IMG/VR virus record: IMGVR_UViG_3300017977_000066
Coordinates: 64,001-128,000 of that record
DNA: 64,000 nt
Origin: a virus
Strand: one strand, 5' to 3'
Of the stretch, positions 42,477 to 53,029 are shown piece by piece (the stretch's first letter is position 1; the number at the start of each line of letters is the position of its first letter). Below the pieces are notes generated by a model that saw only the letters and a list, made by a program, of their open reading frames with translations, ran no database searches and had not been told where the DNA came from. Made by a program: the position numbers and the translations under genes.

Positions 42477-43913
42477 ATGGGTTTCAAAATTGACTTAGGT
42501 TTAAATGAAAAAAGAGAAAGAAATACAACTGTAGATGTGGTTGCTGCTGCTGAGGCTATGAATGCTGCTGAGATGAGTCTTGTTAAATGTGAGACTGAAA
42601 AGGCTATCGTAGTTGCTGCTGCTGAGAACCTTGAGAGAGGTGTTCAACTTTCACAAGCTATCGCTGAAAAAACACAAGATGAAGGTGTTGCATTGGCTGT
42701 TGGTAATGAAGCATTAGTTGCATCTATGAGAATGTTAGGTCAAGCATCTGTTGGTGAATCACTTACTGCTGGTACTGAATCATTTACTGCTGGTGTAGAG
42801 GCTTCTGAGGGTATGCTTAAGAAGATGATCGATAAAGCTAAAGAGTATGCTAAAAAAGTATGGGATTTTATCCGTAACTTAATTGCTAAAGTTGTAAAAT
42901 GGGTTAAGGCTCTTTTTGGTAAAGGTGATGATACTGCTACACAACTTAAAGAACTTCTTAAAAAAGCTAAAGATGACAAGCGCACTAAGCTTAATACTAG
43001 CGAGTTCGATACTACTACTGCAACTAGACTTATTAAACAAGTTAAATATATCGCTAAACTTCGTGGTGACAAAGGTGTCGATGAGACTGCAGTTATGGAT
43101 AATCTAGGTGTCCTTTCTAAAGGCATATCTGCGGTTAAAGAGTTATCACTTAAAGATGCTTTAGGTGGGACTATGATAACAGAGGCTACTGCTGCTATTG
43201 AAAACGCTGATGATAACATTACTTTAGATTCTTTAAAAAATAGTATTATTAGTGATATAGATATTCTGGATGAGAAAAATCAAGGTAAAATTCAATTCAC
43301 TGATGAACTTAAAAATGACCAAGATATGATTGAAGAAGAGTTAGATTCAGATATTGAAACTGCTATGGTTATGCCTTTATTTTTGGGTGCTGATTCTTTA
43401 TCTGTTCTAGTTATCTACACTAATATCGATGATGCTACTATGTCTGATTTTAAAGCTGCTACTAAAATTGGTAAAGAAGCTGTTGATGTTGCTAAAAAAG
43501 CAGTCGATGGTATTAAAGTTAAAGTTATTACTATATCTCCGAGTTATGATGATGTAAAAGAGTATGAAGGTAAAATGGAGCCTATCCCATTTAACTCTGC
43601 TGATAACATCGTTAAAAAATTAGAAAAAGTTACTAAAAATGCAGATACGATAGCTAACAAATTAGAAAAAAATGCTGATAAAGTAGCTAAAGAGTTTAAT
43701 AAAGCTTTAGATGATCTTGAAAAAACTGAGGCTGTTAAAAATAACACACCAGGTGTTAAAGGTTCTTTAGTACAACTTACTCGTTCACTAATTAATCTTG
43801 CTGAAAAATCAACACAAGAAGTTGCTAAACACATGGCTTCACAAATTAGAGAAGCTGCTCGTCCTAAATGGGGTGATATCGTTAAAGAGTCTATTAGACT
43901 ATACGAAAAATAG
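42477..43913 (+). CDS. abundant internal head / ejection protein
   Basis: propeptide with repeated AxE sites, then KKMIDKAKEYAKKVWDFIRNLIAKVVKWVKALFG; distinct codon usage. Confidence 0.7.
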   Translation: MGFKIDLGLNEKRERNTTVDVVAAAEAMNAAEMSLVKCETEKAIVVAAAENLERGVQLSQAIAEKTQDEGVALAVGNEALVASMRMLGQASVGESLTAGTESFTAGVEASEGMLKKMIDKAKEYAKKVWDFIRNLIAKVVKWVKALFGKGDDTATQLKELLKKAKDDKRTKLNTSEFDTTTATRLIKQVKYIAKLRGDKGVDETAVMDNLGVLSKGISAVKELSLKDALGGTMITEATAAIENADDNITLDSLKNSIISDIDILDEKNQGKIQFTDELKNDQDMIEEELDSDIETAMVMPLFLGADSLSVLVIYTNIDDATMSDFKAATKIGKEAVDVAKKAVDGIKVKVITISPSYDDVKEYEGKMEPIPFNSADNIVKKLEKVTKNADTIANKLEKNADKVAKEFNKALDDLEKTEAVKNNTPGVKGSLVQLTRSLINLAEKSTQEVAKHMASQIREAARPKWGDIVKESIRLYEK

Positions 43914-43925
43914 TCTTAGCTATTA

Positions 43926-43957
43926 ATAAGTCATTAGCCTTATGGCTAGTGGCTTAT
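43926..43957 (+). terminator. hairpin terminator
   Basis: ataagtcattagcc / ggctagtggcttat. Confidence 0.6.
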
Positions 43958-44013
43958 GACTTTAATAAGTTTTACAGATTTTCTTTTGAATTTAATTATA
44001 AAGGATATATACT

Positions 44014-44544
44014 ATGGTAAATATAACACTAAATAAGGAAGAGAGAGTAGGAACTGATATCAGATATTACGATACTGCATTATACAACATGCTAGTAGGT
44101 ACAGGAGACATCCCTAGTGGGGTAGATGGTCTTAACCTAGTTAACCAGTATAAGAACAAAACTATAAGCAATGATAACACTATGTTATCAGACGTACTTA
44201 AAGAAGCTAATAGTACTACTAGAGTTCATGAGGGACGATACTATGCTATCAGAACCGTATCTCTATTAGTAGACTTCTTTAATACTAAACCTAACTATAA
44301 GGCTAATGCCGATACTTATAAATATGGATTAGCAGAACTTGTAAGAGAAAAAATGGCTGGTTATTACGTAGATGAGGAAGAAGCAGATGGTATCGTACTC
44401 AGAGGTAAGATAGATTTTAATAAGACATTACAGCCTCATGCTGATATGGATATCTTAACTGCTATCTCTATACTATACTCTACCATAGGTTTCCCAGCAG
44501 CTATTTTACTTATTAGATCCATCCATACCCTACATAGGGGTTAA
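44014..44544 (+). CDS. putative virion protein
   Basis: 176 aa, TTTTGAA motif, structural cluster. Confidence 0.55.
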   Translation: MVNITLNKEERVGTDIRYYDTALYNMLVGTGDIPSGVDGLNLVNQYKNKTISNDNTMLSDVLKEANSTTRVHEGRYYAIRTVSLLVDFFNTKPNYKANADTYKYGLAELVREKMAGYYVDEEEADGIVLRGKIDFNKTLQPHADMDILTAISILYSTIGFPAAILLIRSIHTLHRG

Positions 44545-44546
44545 CC

Positions 44547-45926
44547 ATGCTTACAAGATTAGTTATGGTAGACGGTATAGAGCAGACTATCATAGCTCCC
44601 ATAGTTAAAGATGTTGTTAAGGACATACAAGATAAGTTCATCAAAGACGAGCATGTTAAAGTGTATACTAGTAGCTTCTATGAAGAAGATAATGTAGAGG
44701 TAGGCGATCATGTCACTACTAATGAGATAGGTAAATCTAAATTATTCGTTAACTTCGAGTATGAGGATAATGAAGAGATGTCTTATAGCCCTAGCATGTA
44801 TCGAGCTAAAGATAAGATAATCTTATTAGATAAGCAGACAGGGTTTAGTTTAAGACCTATATCTACTAATACTACTCTTACACTTACATTTAGCTATAAG
44901 AATAAATCTAAAGTATCTGTACAGAGAGTTATTAATAAGCTTAAGAACTTCTTTAAATTTACAGGGCATACATTAGTACATAGTCTTACTTATAGCTATC
45001 TGTTCCCTGATGTACTTATGAGTCTTATGAGTAATGTATCTTCTTTAAAAGGTAACAGTAATGTCTTTGATTTTATAGACGATGCTGCTGTATATAACTT
45101 TGATTATGCTGTTAAGAGAGGTTCTGATTTTAAGGTACCTAGTTTTAGAGGTAAGGCTGCCGGAGTTATGGGTGTTATGGAAGGTGATGGTTCTTCTCTT
45201 AAGATAAGTAAAGAAGAGGAGTTATATACCCTAGAGTTCTCTTATAACATAACATTCGATAAGCCTAATGCTTTAGCTGTGCATTATCCTATAACAGTTA
45301 ACAACTTACCCATAGATAATAGTTGGCTTCCTAAGGAGTCTATAGTTAAATCTAGAGAGAGAAGCTCTGGAGCTTTTGATATTAATAGGATCATAAAGGA
45401 TAAGTTCCGCACTGGAGATATTCAGAATGATATACTTATAAGAGTACCAGATTATGATCAGTTCACACCTAGTCTGAATCACAATGGCACTATGCTAACT
45501 TTACTATCCATATTAATACAACTAGATCCAGATGAGCCTGAACTCTTATTAGACTTAAACGATCTTGCTTATATAGGGATACCTGATTTCGTTATAGTTT
45601 ATATGAAAAAAGCTGGTATAAAAGATTTCTTTAAACTAGGTTCTTCATTATTCTATTTCATGCTTTTTGAAAACAACTATATAAAAGATAAAGATATGTC
45701 CAAGAATGCTGATGATCAGATAGTAGCTACTAAGCCACTAGATACTACTAAGACTTATCACTTAGTAGCTAATGTCTTAGTTAACAGAAGATTCTTAAGA
45801 TTCTCTCATCATCCTGAAAGTATCGCTATGGTTGAAGCTATAGAGGTTATGAGGAAGATGGGTATAGAGTTCAAAGATGATACATTTGCCTTAGTACAAG
45901 ATGGTAGAAATACGAATGATTTTTAA
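44547..45926 (+). CDS. virion structural protein (phiKZ gp98-like)
   Basis: 459 aa; FDKPNALAVHYPITVNN, RVPDYDQF; synteny. Confidence 0.6.
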   Translation: MLTRLVMVDGIEQTIIAPIVKDVVKDIQDKFIKDEHVKVYTSSFYEEDNVEVGDHVTTNEIGKSKLFVNFEYEDNEEMSYSPSMYRAKDKIILLDKQTGFSLRPISTNTTLTLTFSYKNKSKVSVQRVINKLKNFFKFTGHTLVHSLTYSYLFPDVLMSLMSNVSSLKGNSNVFDFIDDAAVYNFDYAVKRGSDFKVPSFRGKAAGVMGVMEGDGSSLKISKEEELYTLEFSYNITFDKPNALAVHYPITVNNLPIDNSWLPKESIVKSRERSSGAFDINRIIKDKFRTGDIQNDILIRVPDYDQFTPSLNHNGTMLTLLSILIQLDPDEPELLLDLNDLAYIGIPDFVIVYMKKAGIKDFFKLGSSLFYFMLFENNYIKDKDMSKNADDQIVATKPLDTTKTYHLVANVLVNRRFLRFSHHPESIAMVEAIEVMRKMGIEFKDDTFALVQDGRNTNDF

Positions 45927-46005
45927 AATAGAAGTATATAGGTTTTTACCTATATGCTTTCTTGAACTCTAATTTTTGTTTGAATAATAAATATAAGGAT
46001 ATGTC

Positions 46006-47268
46006 ATGGCTATTTTCGGTGTTAATAAAGAAATAAATAGTAATATAGAAAGAAAAGAAGAATCATCCATAGTACCGCATTATGAATCAGATGCTGTAGA
46101 TACTAGGCTGGTAGCTACCGTAGCAGGTCAAGCTTGGCCAGTTACATATTTTCATAGGTTGGTAGATGACAACATGAGTGTGACAGCTTATGACCCTAAC
46201 CTTAATATAACACTACAGGATTATAACAGGATAGATGACTTCATCATTAAAGTTGATTCTGCTATACCAGTAGGTACTCCAGATGGCATGTCTGGTGATG
46301 GTATCATAGATGTTAATTTTGTACCTAACCCTAATGATCTGTTCTTAGTTAAGTCTCCAGATGGTAGAGTTTTTATATATGTCATAAATGCTATCAGTAG
46401 GATCAACTACAACGAGAGTTATCTGTTTAAGATAGAATATAACATACAGTCAGAAATAACTAATCCTAGTGATCCTATACTAACTAAACTTATGGGTGCT
46501 ACTACTAATGAATTTGTTTATAATAAAGATTTCAGGATCAATGATGATAAGCCAGTTTATAGTAAAGCAGAATTTGATGTAAGAGAGAGATACCTATTAT
46601 ACATAGAGACACTCATGAATGACTGGACCGAGAACTTTATAGTACAAGATAACAAATCCTATATGTCTTATAAAGCTGGTGATAATATAATATTTGATCC
46701 TAATATGGAAGCCTTCATCAAGAGCACTATAGGTATCAGTAACTTACCGTCTATAGTTAAATTATTATCTCTAGATGTTGATGTTAGTATCTTAGATACG
46801 TTCCTTAGGAATGATGTTATCTTTAATAGGATAAAACAGTATACACTTCTAAACAAGATAGGAAGCTATGGTAACAACCCATACCTATTTACTATATCAT
46901 ATACTGGTATAAACAAAGTCTTAGCTTTAACTAGCATAGAAGATGATACTAATGTTAGTAACAATGAAGTTGTTAATGAGTTGTTCCCTAAGGTAGACAA
47001 TAAGTTCTATATATTTAGAGAGTATATCTATCTAGTATTAAGAGGTAGCGATATAACACTATTTAAAGATAACCTAACAACATTTGAAAATATGGTGTTA
47101 AGTATGGTTACTGGTAATATATTAGCAGATGCTGATATAGAGCTTATCTATAAAAATATCATGCAGCTAGATGAACAAGAGAGATTTTACTTCATGCCTA
47201 TATTTGCTTATATGCTTAGATATACATTAGAAGTTCATACCGTAGAGTTCATAAGTAGTAGGAGTTGA
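46006..47268 (+). CDS. virion structural/neck-like protein (phiKZ gp99-like)
   Basis: 420 aa; VAGQAWPVTYF, FVPNPNDLF; synteny. Confidence 0.6.
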   Translation: MAIFGVNKEINSNIERKEESSIVPHYESDAVDTRLVATVAGQAWPVTYFHRLVDDNMSVTAYDPNLNITLQDYNRIDDFIIKVDSAIPVGTPDGMSGDGIIDVNFVPNPNDLFLVKSPDGRVFIYVINAISRINYNESYLFKIEYNIQSEITNPSDPILTKLMGATTNEFVYNKDFRINDDKPVYSKAEFDVRERYLLYIETLMNDWTENFIVQDNKSYMSYKAGDNIIFDPNMEAFIKSTIGISNLPSIVKLLSLDVDVSILDTFLRNDVIFNRIKQYTLLNKIGSYGNNPYLFTISYTGINKVLALTSIEDDTNVSNNEVVNELFPKVDNKFYIFREYIYLVLRGSDITLFKDNLTTFENMVLSMVTGNILADADIELIYKNIMQLDEQERFYFMPIFAYMLRYTLEVHTVEFISSRS

Positions 47269-47269
47269 T

Positions 47270-47881
47270 ATGGATGCTTCTACACTAACCTTTAATAGAG
47301 TAACTGTACAGTCTATCATAGAGGATCTACATGGTAAGAAGATAACGGTCATCGTACCTGCAGCAGCACTCTATAGTGATGATGAACTAACTGCTCAAAA
47401 TGAGCCTACTATGTTCATGGATAATGCTCCTATAAGATCTAAATCTAGCATGGGTAACGAAGTAACATATACTGGTACTAGTGCTAGTATAGTAGACAAT
47501 GAGATTAACAATAACTCTTCTAACAATAAGACTACTGTTAGGCTATCATTATCAGTAGTTATAGACCTTTATCATAAGCAGTTCTCTATTTATATACCTA
47601 AGCATAATAATGACCTCATCAAGCTTGTAGACTTCATCAACGACATATTAAACAGATTAGAGAATAGTAGTGATGGCAGAGCTAATGAGATGTTCGAGTA
47701 TATAGATGAGTTTTATAAAGTAGTTATAAAGAATCAGAAATCTAATATATCTAAGAAACTATCTTTAGATGCTATGTACCTACCAGACATGAAACCTGTA
47801 GTAGGATTCACTAGTAACACATTAGAAGAGGATGCTATCAATACTGCTACTTTTATAGATATAGACAGCATAACAGTTTAG
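47270..47881 (+). CDS. conserved hypothetical protein (phiKZ gp100-like position)
   Basis: 203 aa, synteny. Confidence 0.55.
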   Translation: MDASTLTFNRVTVQSIIEDLHGKKITVIVPAAALYSDDELTAQNEPTMFMDNAPIRSKSSMGNEVTYTGTSASIVDNEINNNSSNNKTTVRLSLSVVIDLYHKQFSIYIPKHNNDLIKLVDFINDILNRLENSSDGRANEMFEYIDEFYKVVIKNQKSNISKKLSLDAMYLPDMKPVVGFTSNTLEEDAINTATFIDIDSITV

Positions 47882-47889
47882 GAGTTAGC

Positions 47890-49200
47890 ATGGCTAAAAC
47901 ATTACCCATAACATTAGACAACGAAGTAAATGATCTCTTAACCAAGTCTAAAGAGTTCATCATGCCAGAGCCAACACTTATCATACATACAGAAGATGGT
48001 GATGTGACTATAGTACATTTTAATAGCATAGATGTAGAACGTAACTACACTACTAACTTATCAGATATAATATATGTTAACTTTAATGCAGGTCTTGGTT
48101 TTGCTAGTAAGGTTCTATATAAGCATAGAGATAAACTAGAAGCTACCGTTAAGCTAAAGTTCTCTAATAAGAAGATACAACAGAGAAGATTCAAATTTGT
48201 ACTCATGACTAAGTTCGAGGATATACATGATAGCTCCATGAGTAAGATAAGTCAAGAAGACCTTGATACCCAGGATTATATAGAGATAAAAGCACAATGT
48301 ATAGATACTAAGCTTCTTAAGTTCAAGAATGAATATGTAGAAGGTATCTTCCATGATATGGATCTCAGGAAAGTAATGAAGAATATTTTCAGTAAGAAGA
48401 TGAGAGAGGCTGGTACTGATAGCTACATCAATGTCTATGTTCCTAAGAATGTGAAGAGCTATGAGAATATCTTCATAGAGCCATTCACTAAGTTTGTAAG
48501 ACTACCATTTATATTTCAGAATGATAAGTATGGTCTTTATGATCATGGTGCTGGTATATACTTCAGTAATATCTCAGAAGCTAGCGAGTCTAAATATGAT
48601 GTAGATATATTCCCTATATTTGATTATGAGAGGTTCGATGCTGAGGCTAAGAGACCTAAGCTTATTATCATAAATCCTACTAAGTCACATATGAGTAAAC
48701 ATGAGATAGATTTCTACTATAAAGATGGCATCTATAAATCATTAGTATCTAATGTTAAGTTCCAGCATGATAGCGAGGATAAGAGATATGATACTGGTAA
48801 TGGTTTCATCATAGAGGATTCTGGTAACACCATCAACCAGAGTCTACTTGATATAAAAGACGATATAGTAAAATATGCAAATGACCAATCTTTCTCTATA
48901 ACCAAGCTAGATGAAACTAGGAGTTATAATAATCTAGTAGAGACAGGCGGAGATGATAATCTCTATAAATATAATAGCACTCTTAATAGGCTACAAGGTG
49001 TTATAGGTAGTGTCATGTTACCTAAGGTTAATCCCGAGATCATTTATCCAGGCATGCCTTTTAAATACATGTTCAACAAGGATGGTAAGGTTGCTTCTAC
49101 TACAGGAGTCGTACAAGGATTACAATATAGCTATGACTTCATCAATAAGACTACAGTTGTCATGCTGGTATGTATATTTAAGAGATTAATAAAGGAATGA
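47890..49200 (+). CDS. baseplate hub-like virion protein (phiKZ gp101-like)
   Basis: 436 aa; RNYTTNLSD, FQNDKYGLYDHGAGIY, NPEIIYPGMP. Confidence 0.65.
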   Translation: MAKTLPITLDNEVNDLLTKSKEFIMPEPTLIIHTEDGDVTIVHFNSIDVERNYTTNLSDIIYVNFNAGLGFASKVLYKHRDKLEATVKLKFSNKKIQQRRFKFVLMTKFEDIHDSSMSKISQEDLDTQDYIEIKAQCIDTKLLKFKNEYVEGIFHDMDLRKVMKNIFSKKMREAGTDSYINVYVPKNVKSYENIFIEPFTKFVRLPFIFQNDKYGLYDHGAGIYFSNISEASESKYDVDIFPIFDYERFDAEAKRPKLIIINPTKSHMSKHEIDFYYKDGIYKSLVSNVKFQHDSEDKRYDTGNGFIIEDSGNTINQSLLDIKDDIVKYANDQSFSITKLDETRSYNNLVETGGDDNLYKYNSTLNRLQGVIGSVMLPKVNPEIIYPGMPFKYMFNKDGKVASTTGVVQGLQYSYDFINKTTVVMLVCIFKRLIKE

Positions 49201-49201
49201 T

Positions 49202-49534
49202 ATGTTAAAATTTGTAGGTGATAATAGACACTTTACCATCATAGTTAAGAGTGAGAAGGAACTACTTGATGTTATGAATCTTAAGCTAAGCATGCTTCTT
49301 AACGAAGATAATATGGATATATATAGTAAGGTCTATAAGACTAAGATGTATGAGACTATCTTAGAGAACATCATCATGGAAGAGCTAGCTAAAGCCAATG
49401 TAATAACTGAGAAGAATAAGTCCTATATATTTTCGCTATTACTACAGGATGAGAAGTATCAGTATCTGGTAGCTAATCTAGAACTAGGAGACCAAGATAA
49501 AGGTCTTATAATAAACAAAACGTTACAAAACTAA
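49202..49534 (+). CDS. hypothetical protein
   Basis: 110 aa, operonic. Confidence 0.6.
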   Translation: MLKFVGDNRHFTIIVKSEKELLDVMNLKLSMLLNEDNMDIYSKVYKTKMYETILENIIMEELAKANVITEKNKSYIFSLLLQDEKYQYLVANLELGDQDKGLIINKTLQN

Positions 49535-49535
49535 T

Positions 49536-49561
49536 CATATGGTAGAACTTTCTACCATATG
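49536..49561. terminator. bidirectional hairpin
   Basis: catatggtagaa / ttctaccatatg. Confidence 0.65.
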
Positions 49562-49563
49562 TA

Positions 49564-50166
49564 TTAAAATTCTAATTCGTCTAGAAAGTCATCATCGTTG
49601 CTGTTGATGCTGTTAGTTTCAGTAGCTTCTTTAATACTACTATCTTTATTTATTCTGTTTTTATAGTACTCATAGAACTCAGTACTATATTTTCTATATT
49701 CAGCTAGCTTCTCACCATCTTTAGACATACCTTTTACAACAGCCTTAGTTACTGCTTTTAAATTAATGTCAGCTGCTCTAGGATTGGATTCTTTTACCTG
49801 CTCGAACGAAACTATAGCATTCCTTAGTTTAGCCTTTTCTAGCCCCTCTATGTTAGTACTAGTTATCATAGGAGGAAGTTTGAAGATAATTTTACTAGCA
49901 TCATTATCATCTACTACTAAAATCGTAGTCCTATATCCACCTACAAGATCTTTTAAGTTATTAATGAATACCATGTTATTAGCATCATTATGTTCTAGCT
50001 CTTTTAGTATATAAGGGAGTAGATAAATTTCAAAAGTAGATAAGCTTATTTTAGCTTCATCTATATCTATGTCTTTGAAGCTCTTACTAAGTTCAGCTAT
50101 CTCAGACATCTCCTCTGCTTGATTGTTCTCTACTATTTGTTGCATCTCTTCGTCTGGCTTAAACAT
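49564..50166 (-). CDS. conserved phiKZ-like hypothetical protein
   Basis: 200 aa; FEIYLLPY..GGY..VVDD..FKLPP. Confidence 0.6.
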   Translation of the reverse strand: MFKPDEEMQQIVENNQAEEMSEIAELSKSFKDIDIDEAKISLSTFEIYLLPYILKELEHNDANNMVFINNLKDLVGGYRTTILVVDDNDASKIIFKLPPMITSTNIEGLEKAKLRNAIVSFEQVKESNPRAADINLKAVTKAVVKGMSKDGEKLAEYRKYSTEFYEYYKNRINKDSSIKEATETNSINSNDDDFLDELEF

Positions 50167-50581
50167 TATCTGCTCCTAAGAAATATTCTATTTTTTTATC
50201 TATATTGGTTATATCGCCTTTATCTACTAACGCTGATTTAGATAACGTATGTACGATACCATCTACTGTAATTTTTATGTCTATGTTAACTCTGTAGTTA
50301 GTTTTATCAACTGTTTTGTTAGTAGTTTGTACACTAGTTATAACTTCAACTTCTTTCCAGTACCTACCATACATAGTAACTAGTGTATCTCTTACACTAA
50401 CCTCTAACTTCTCCATATCAGGACCAGCATCTCTTATAAGATATGGTAAGCTAGATATCTCTGTATAAAATAGTTTGGTCTGCGAATATTCTGATAATAA
50501 GAAGTACTCGAATAACTTATTTATCATGAGGTCTACATCAGCCACATAACCGTCTAATGTTAGTGTTGGTACTTGCTTCAT
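50159..50581 (-). CDS. putative baseplate/sheath-initiator (gp25-like) protein
   Basis: 140 aa; VPTLTLDGYV..YFLLSEYSQT..ISSLPYLI; divergent from sbcD as in phiKZ; TTTTGAA upstream. Confidence 0.5.
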   Translation of the reverse strand: MKQVPTLTLDGYVADVDLMINKLFEYFLLSEYSQTKLFYTEISSLPYLIRDAGPDMEKLEVSVRDTLVTMYGRYWKEVEVITSVQTTNKTVDKTNYRVNIDIKITVDGIVHTLSKSALVDKGDITNIDKKIEYFLGADNV

Positions 50582-50620
50582 TAATAACTCCTATTATAAA
50601 TTTCAAAACAAAGGATATGC

Positions 50621-51709
50621 ATGTTAAAAGCATTGATATTATCAGATATACATCTAGGGCATGATGTTAATAAAACAGAAGATATTATATTTAATCTTAA
50701 GAGGTTTTTTATAACTTATGATAAAGATATAAAACTACTAGATGTTATATTCATCTCAGGAGACATATTTGACCAATTACTTCCTAGTAATGGTATTGAT
50801 ATGCAGATTATATATTTATGGCTTGTAGAGCTTGTGAAGGGGTGTGAGAAGTATGGTATAAGTTTAAGGATACTAGAAGGAACTCCAGGGCATGATTGGA
50901 AACAGTTTAATCTATTCTATAGTATGCTTAAGAAATTACTTCCAGAGGCTGATATCAAGTATTTCGATACACTATATATAGACTACGATGATATAACAAG
51001 AAAACATATACTCTATATACCAGATGAGTGGAAACCTACTGCAGAAGAGATATTCCAAGCAGCTAAACAAAAGCTACAAGATGAACATCTAGATAGTGTA
51101 GACATGATTATCATGCATGGAGCTTTTAGTTACCAGTTACCAGACTTCATAGAGAACACATTAGACCCTGAGAAATTTCTCTCACTAACAGATGGGCCTA
51201 TAGTAGTAGGACACGTACATAGACACTCTAAGTATAAGAACATTATAGTACCAGGAAGCTTCGATGCGTTAACACATGATGATGATTATAGGAGAGAGAA
51301 GAAAGGGGGGTTACTTCTTAATATCAAAGAGGATAACAGCTATACCTTTAAGTTCCTACAGAATAAGCATGCTTTAAAGTTCATAAGCATAAATGTTAAA
51401 GATAAGACTATAGATAAATTAACTAAAGAATTAGATAAGTTCAAGAACACTACCATAAGGGTTAGGCTACTAGTAGATAATGATAGCCAGCTGACTAAGA
51501 ACCTAGAAGAGCTTAAGTATAAGTATCCAGAGCTTAACCTCGTGATCAAGAAGGCTAAAGGTATGAAAAAAGATGATGTTGTTAATAAGGTAGTTAAGAA
51601 GCTTAATATCATCAAGCTTGATAGAGAAGCTATATCTAAGTATATAGATGATAAAGATAAGAATCCTAAGGTTACTGCTACTCTTATGGAACTTATGGAT
51701 TCTTTATAA
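50621..51709 (+). CDS. sbcD: SbcD/Mre11-like metallophosphoesterase nuclease (phiKZ gp65-like)
   Basis: SDIHLG, GDIFD, EGTPGHD, MHG, GHVH motifs. Confidence 0.85.
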   Translation: MLKALILSDIHLGHDVNKTEDIIFNLKRFFITYDKDIKLLDVIFISGDIFDQLLPSNGIDMQIIYLWLVELVKGCEKYGISLRILEGTPGHDWKQFNLFYSMLKKLLPEADIKYFDTLYIDYDDITRKHILYIPDEWKPTAEEIFQAAKQKLQDEHLDSVDMIIMHGAFSYQLPDFIENTLDPEKFLSLTDGPIVVGHVHRHSKYKNIIVPGSFDALTHDDDYRREKKGGLLLNIKEDNSYTFKFLQNKHALKFISINVKDKTIDKLTKELDKFKNTTIRVRLLVDNDSQLTKNLEELKYKYPELNLVIKKAKGMKKDDVVNKVVKKLNIIKLDREAISKYIDDKDKNPKVTATLMELMDSL

Positions 51710-51769
51710 TATATACTTTTTAACATCTCTTAACTGTAATGAAAATAAAAAACATAAAAAGGATAGAAA

Positions 51770-52414
51770 ATGAATGTAAATGTATTATTAAGCAGGTTAG
51801 CTTTATATAGGGAAGTAGATAAAAATACTCTACATGCACTAGGACTAGGAGTTTATAAAAATACTCTTAGAGTTTATATTAAAGAGTCTCCTAAAGAAAA
51901 TGTTAGAGATAACAAGTTAGTGTTTAACTTCGGTCTTGTGCATATGAATGCTAGGCTCATAGCTGCTGAGTTACAGACTCTTAATGATCAAAAAGAGGGT
52001 TACAACAAAGCTTTTGCTCTATATGGTAGGAAGTTCGAGAACAACCAACCAGTTGAGAATGAGAGAGTTCTTACAGCTACCATAGGTGTTGCTAGATCTA
52101 AAAACAAAGAGGGTGATGTTGTTAATATCTTATATGTTACTAACACTGCTGGTACTAAGTATATCTTCACTCTTTTACCAACTCCATATGTAGATGTTAT
52201 AGAAGATGGCAAGCTAGTATCCGATAAGAAAAAACTTAGTGTCATATGGACTAAAGCTTATAGTGATACATTTAATGCTGTATTAAACAAGATACCTGAG
52301 GCTATAGCACAAGAGAGACCTAGTACATCTAACAATAGCTCTTATGGTAACCAATCTAACCCTAATGCTAAACCTACATTAGTGAGCGGTACCGATCTAC
52401 TTGATGACCTATAA
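51770..52414 (+). CDS. chmC: ChmC-like Whirly-fold nucleic-acid-binding protein (phiKZ gp67-like)
   Basis: 214 aa beta-rich core ending SVIWTKAY, disordered acidic-ended tail; located in the sbcD-gp68-gp69 block. Confidence 0.55.
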   Translation: MNVNVLLSRLALYREVDKNTLHALGLGVYKNTLRVYIKESPKENVRDNKLVFNFGLVHMNARLIAAELQTLNDQKEGYNKAFALYGRKFENNQPVENERVLTATIGVARSKNKEGDVVNILYVTNTAGTKYIFTLLPTPYVDVIEDGKLVSDKKKLSVIWTKAYSDTFNAVLNKIPEAIAQERPSTSNNSSYGNQSNPNAKPTLVSGTDLLDDL

Positions 52415-52450
52415 CACATATAGATGGACTCTATGAGTCTGTCTATATAC

Positions 52451-52497
52451 TTTCATACTTTTTTTACTTGTATATTACTAATATGAGCCAAAAGCTC
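52451..52497 (+). promoter_or_regulatory. early promoter, TATATTAC at 52471-52478
   Basis: conserved motif after hairpin 52417-52448. Confidence 0.75.
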
Positions 52498-52522
52498 TAA
52501 TAAAAATTAAGGAGGCTGATAA

Positions 52523-53029
52523 ATGCCTAATGTAAGAGAAAAATTCGATATCATCAAGCCTGTAAAACTATTTTCTATAGACAATGACTCTGGTAAAGAA
52601 CGATATGTTTTTAAGGGTCTAGACGGTAGAATATATTATGTGGACAGAAAAGATCCAGGAGTAGCTTGTGGTAGACTTAAGCTAGGGGATGTTATCTTAG
52701 TATGGGTTATAAAAGAGTTAACTACTTATGGGTTCATCCGTGTAGAGGTAAATGGTATGTTCATCAGTGAGTATATAGCAAGCTTCCCTAATCTGAGTGC
52801 AGATGATCTGTTCGATGAAGATGGTAAGAGAACAGAGTTACTTTATATATCTAACTATGTTAAGTTCTCTGATATAAGCTATGAGCAAGACATCATCAAG
52901 AACCATAAGCACATAGATACATTATCTAACTTTGAAGGTACTGAGCAGTCAGAGCAAGTTGTAGGTGCTACTAGAGCATTATCATATTTATACTATAAAC
53001 ACATAGAAGGAGTAGGCTATGGAAAATAA
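52523..53029 (+). CDS. early hypothetical protein, possible OB/S1-like N-terminus
   Basis: 168 aa, LKLGDVILVWVIKELTTYGF. Confidence 0.6.
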   Translation: MPNVREKFDIIKPVKLFSIDNDSGKERYVFKGLDGRIYYVDRKDPGVACGRLKLGDVILVWVIKELTTYGFIRVEVNGMFISEYIASFPNLSADDLFDEDGKRTELLYISNYVKFSDISYEQDIIKNHKHIDTLSNFEGTEQSEQVVGATRALSYLYYKHIEGVGYGK

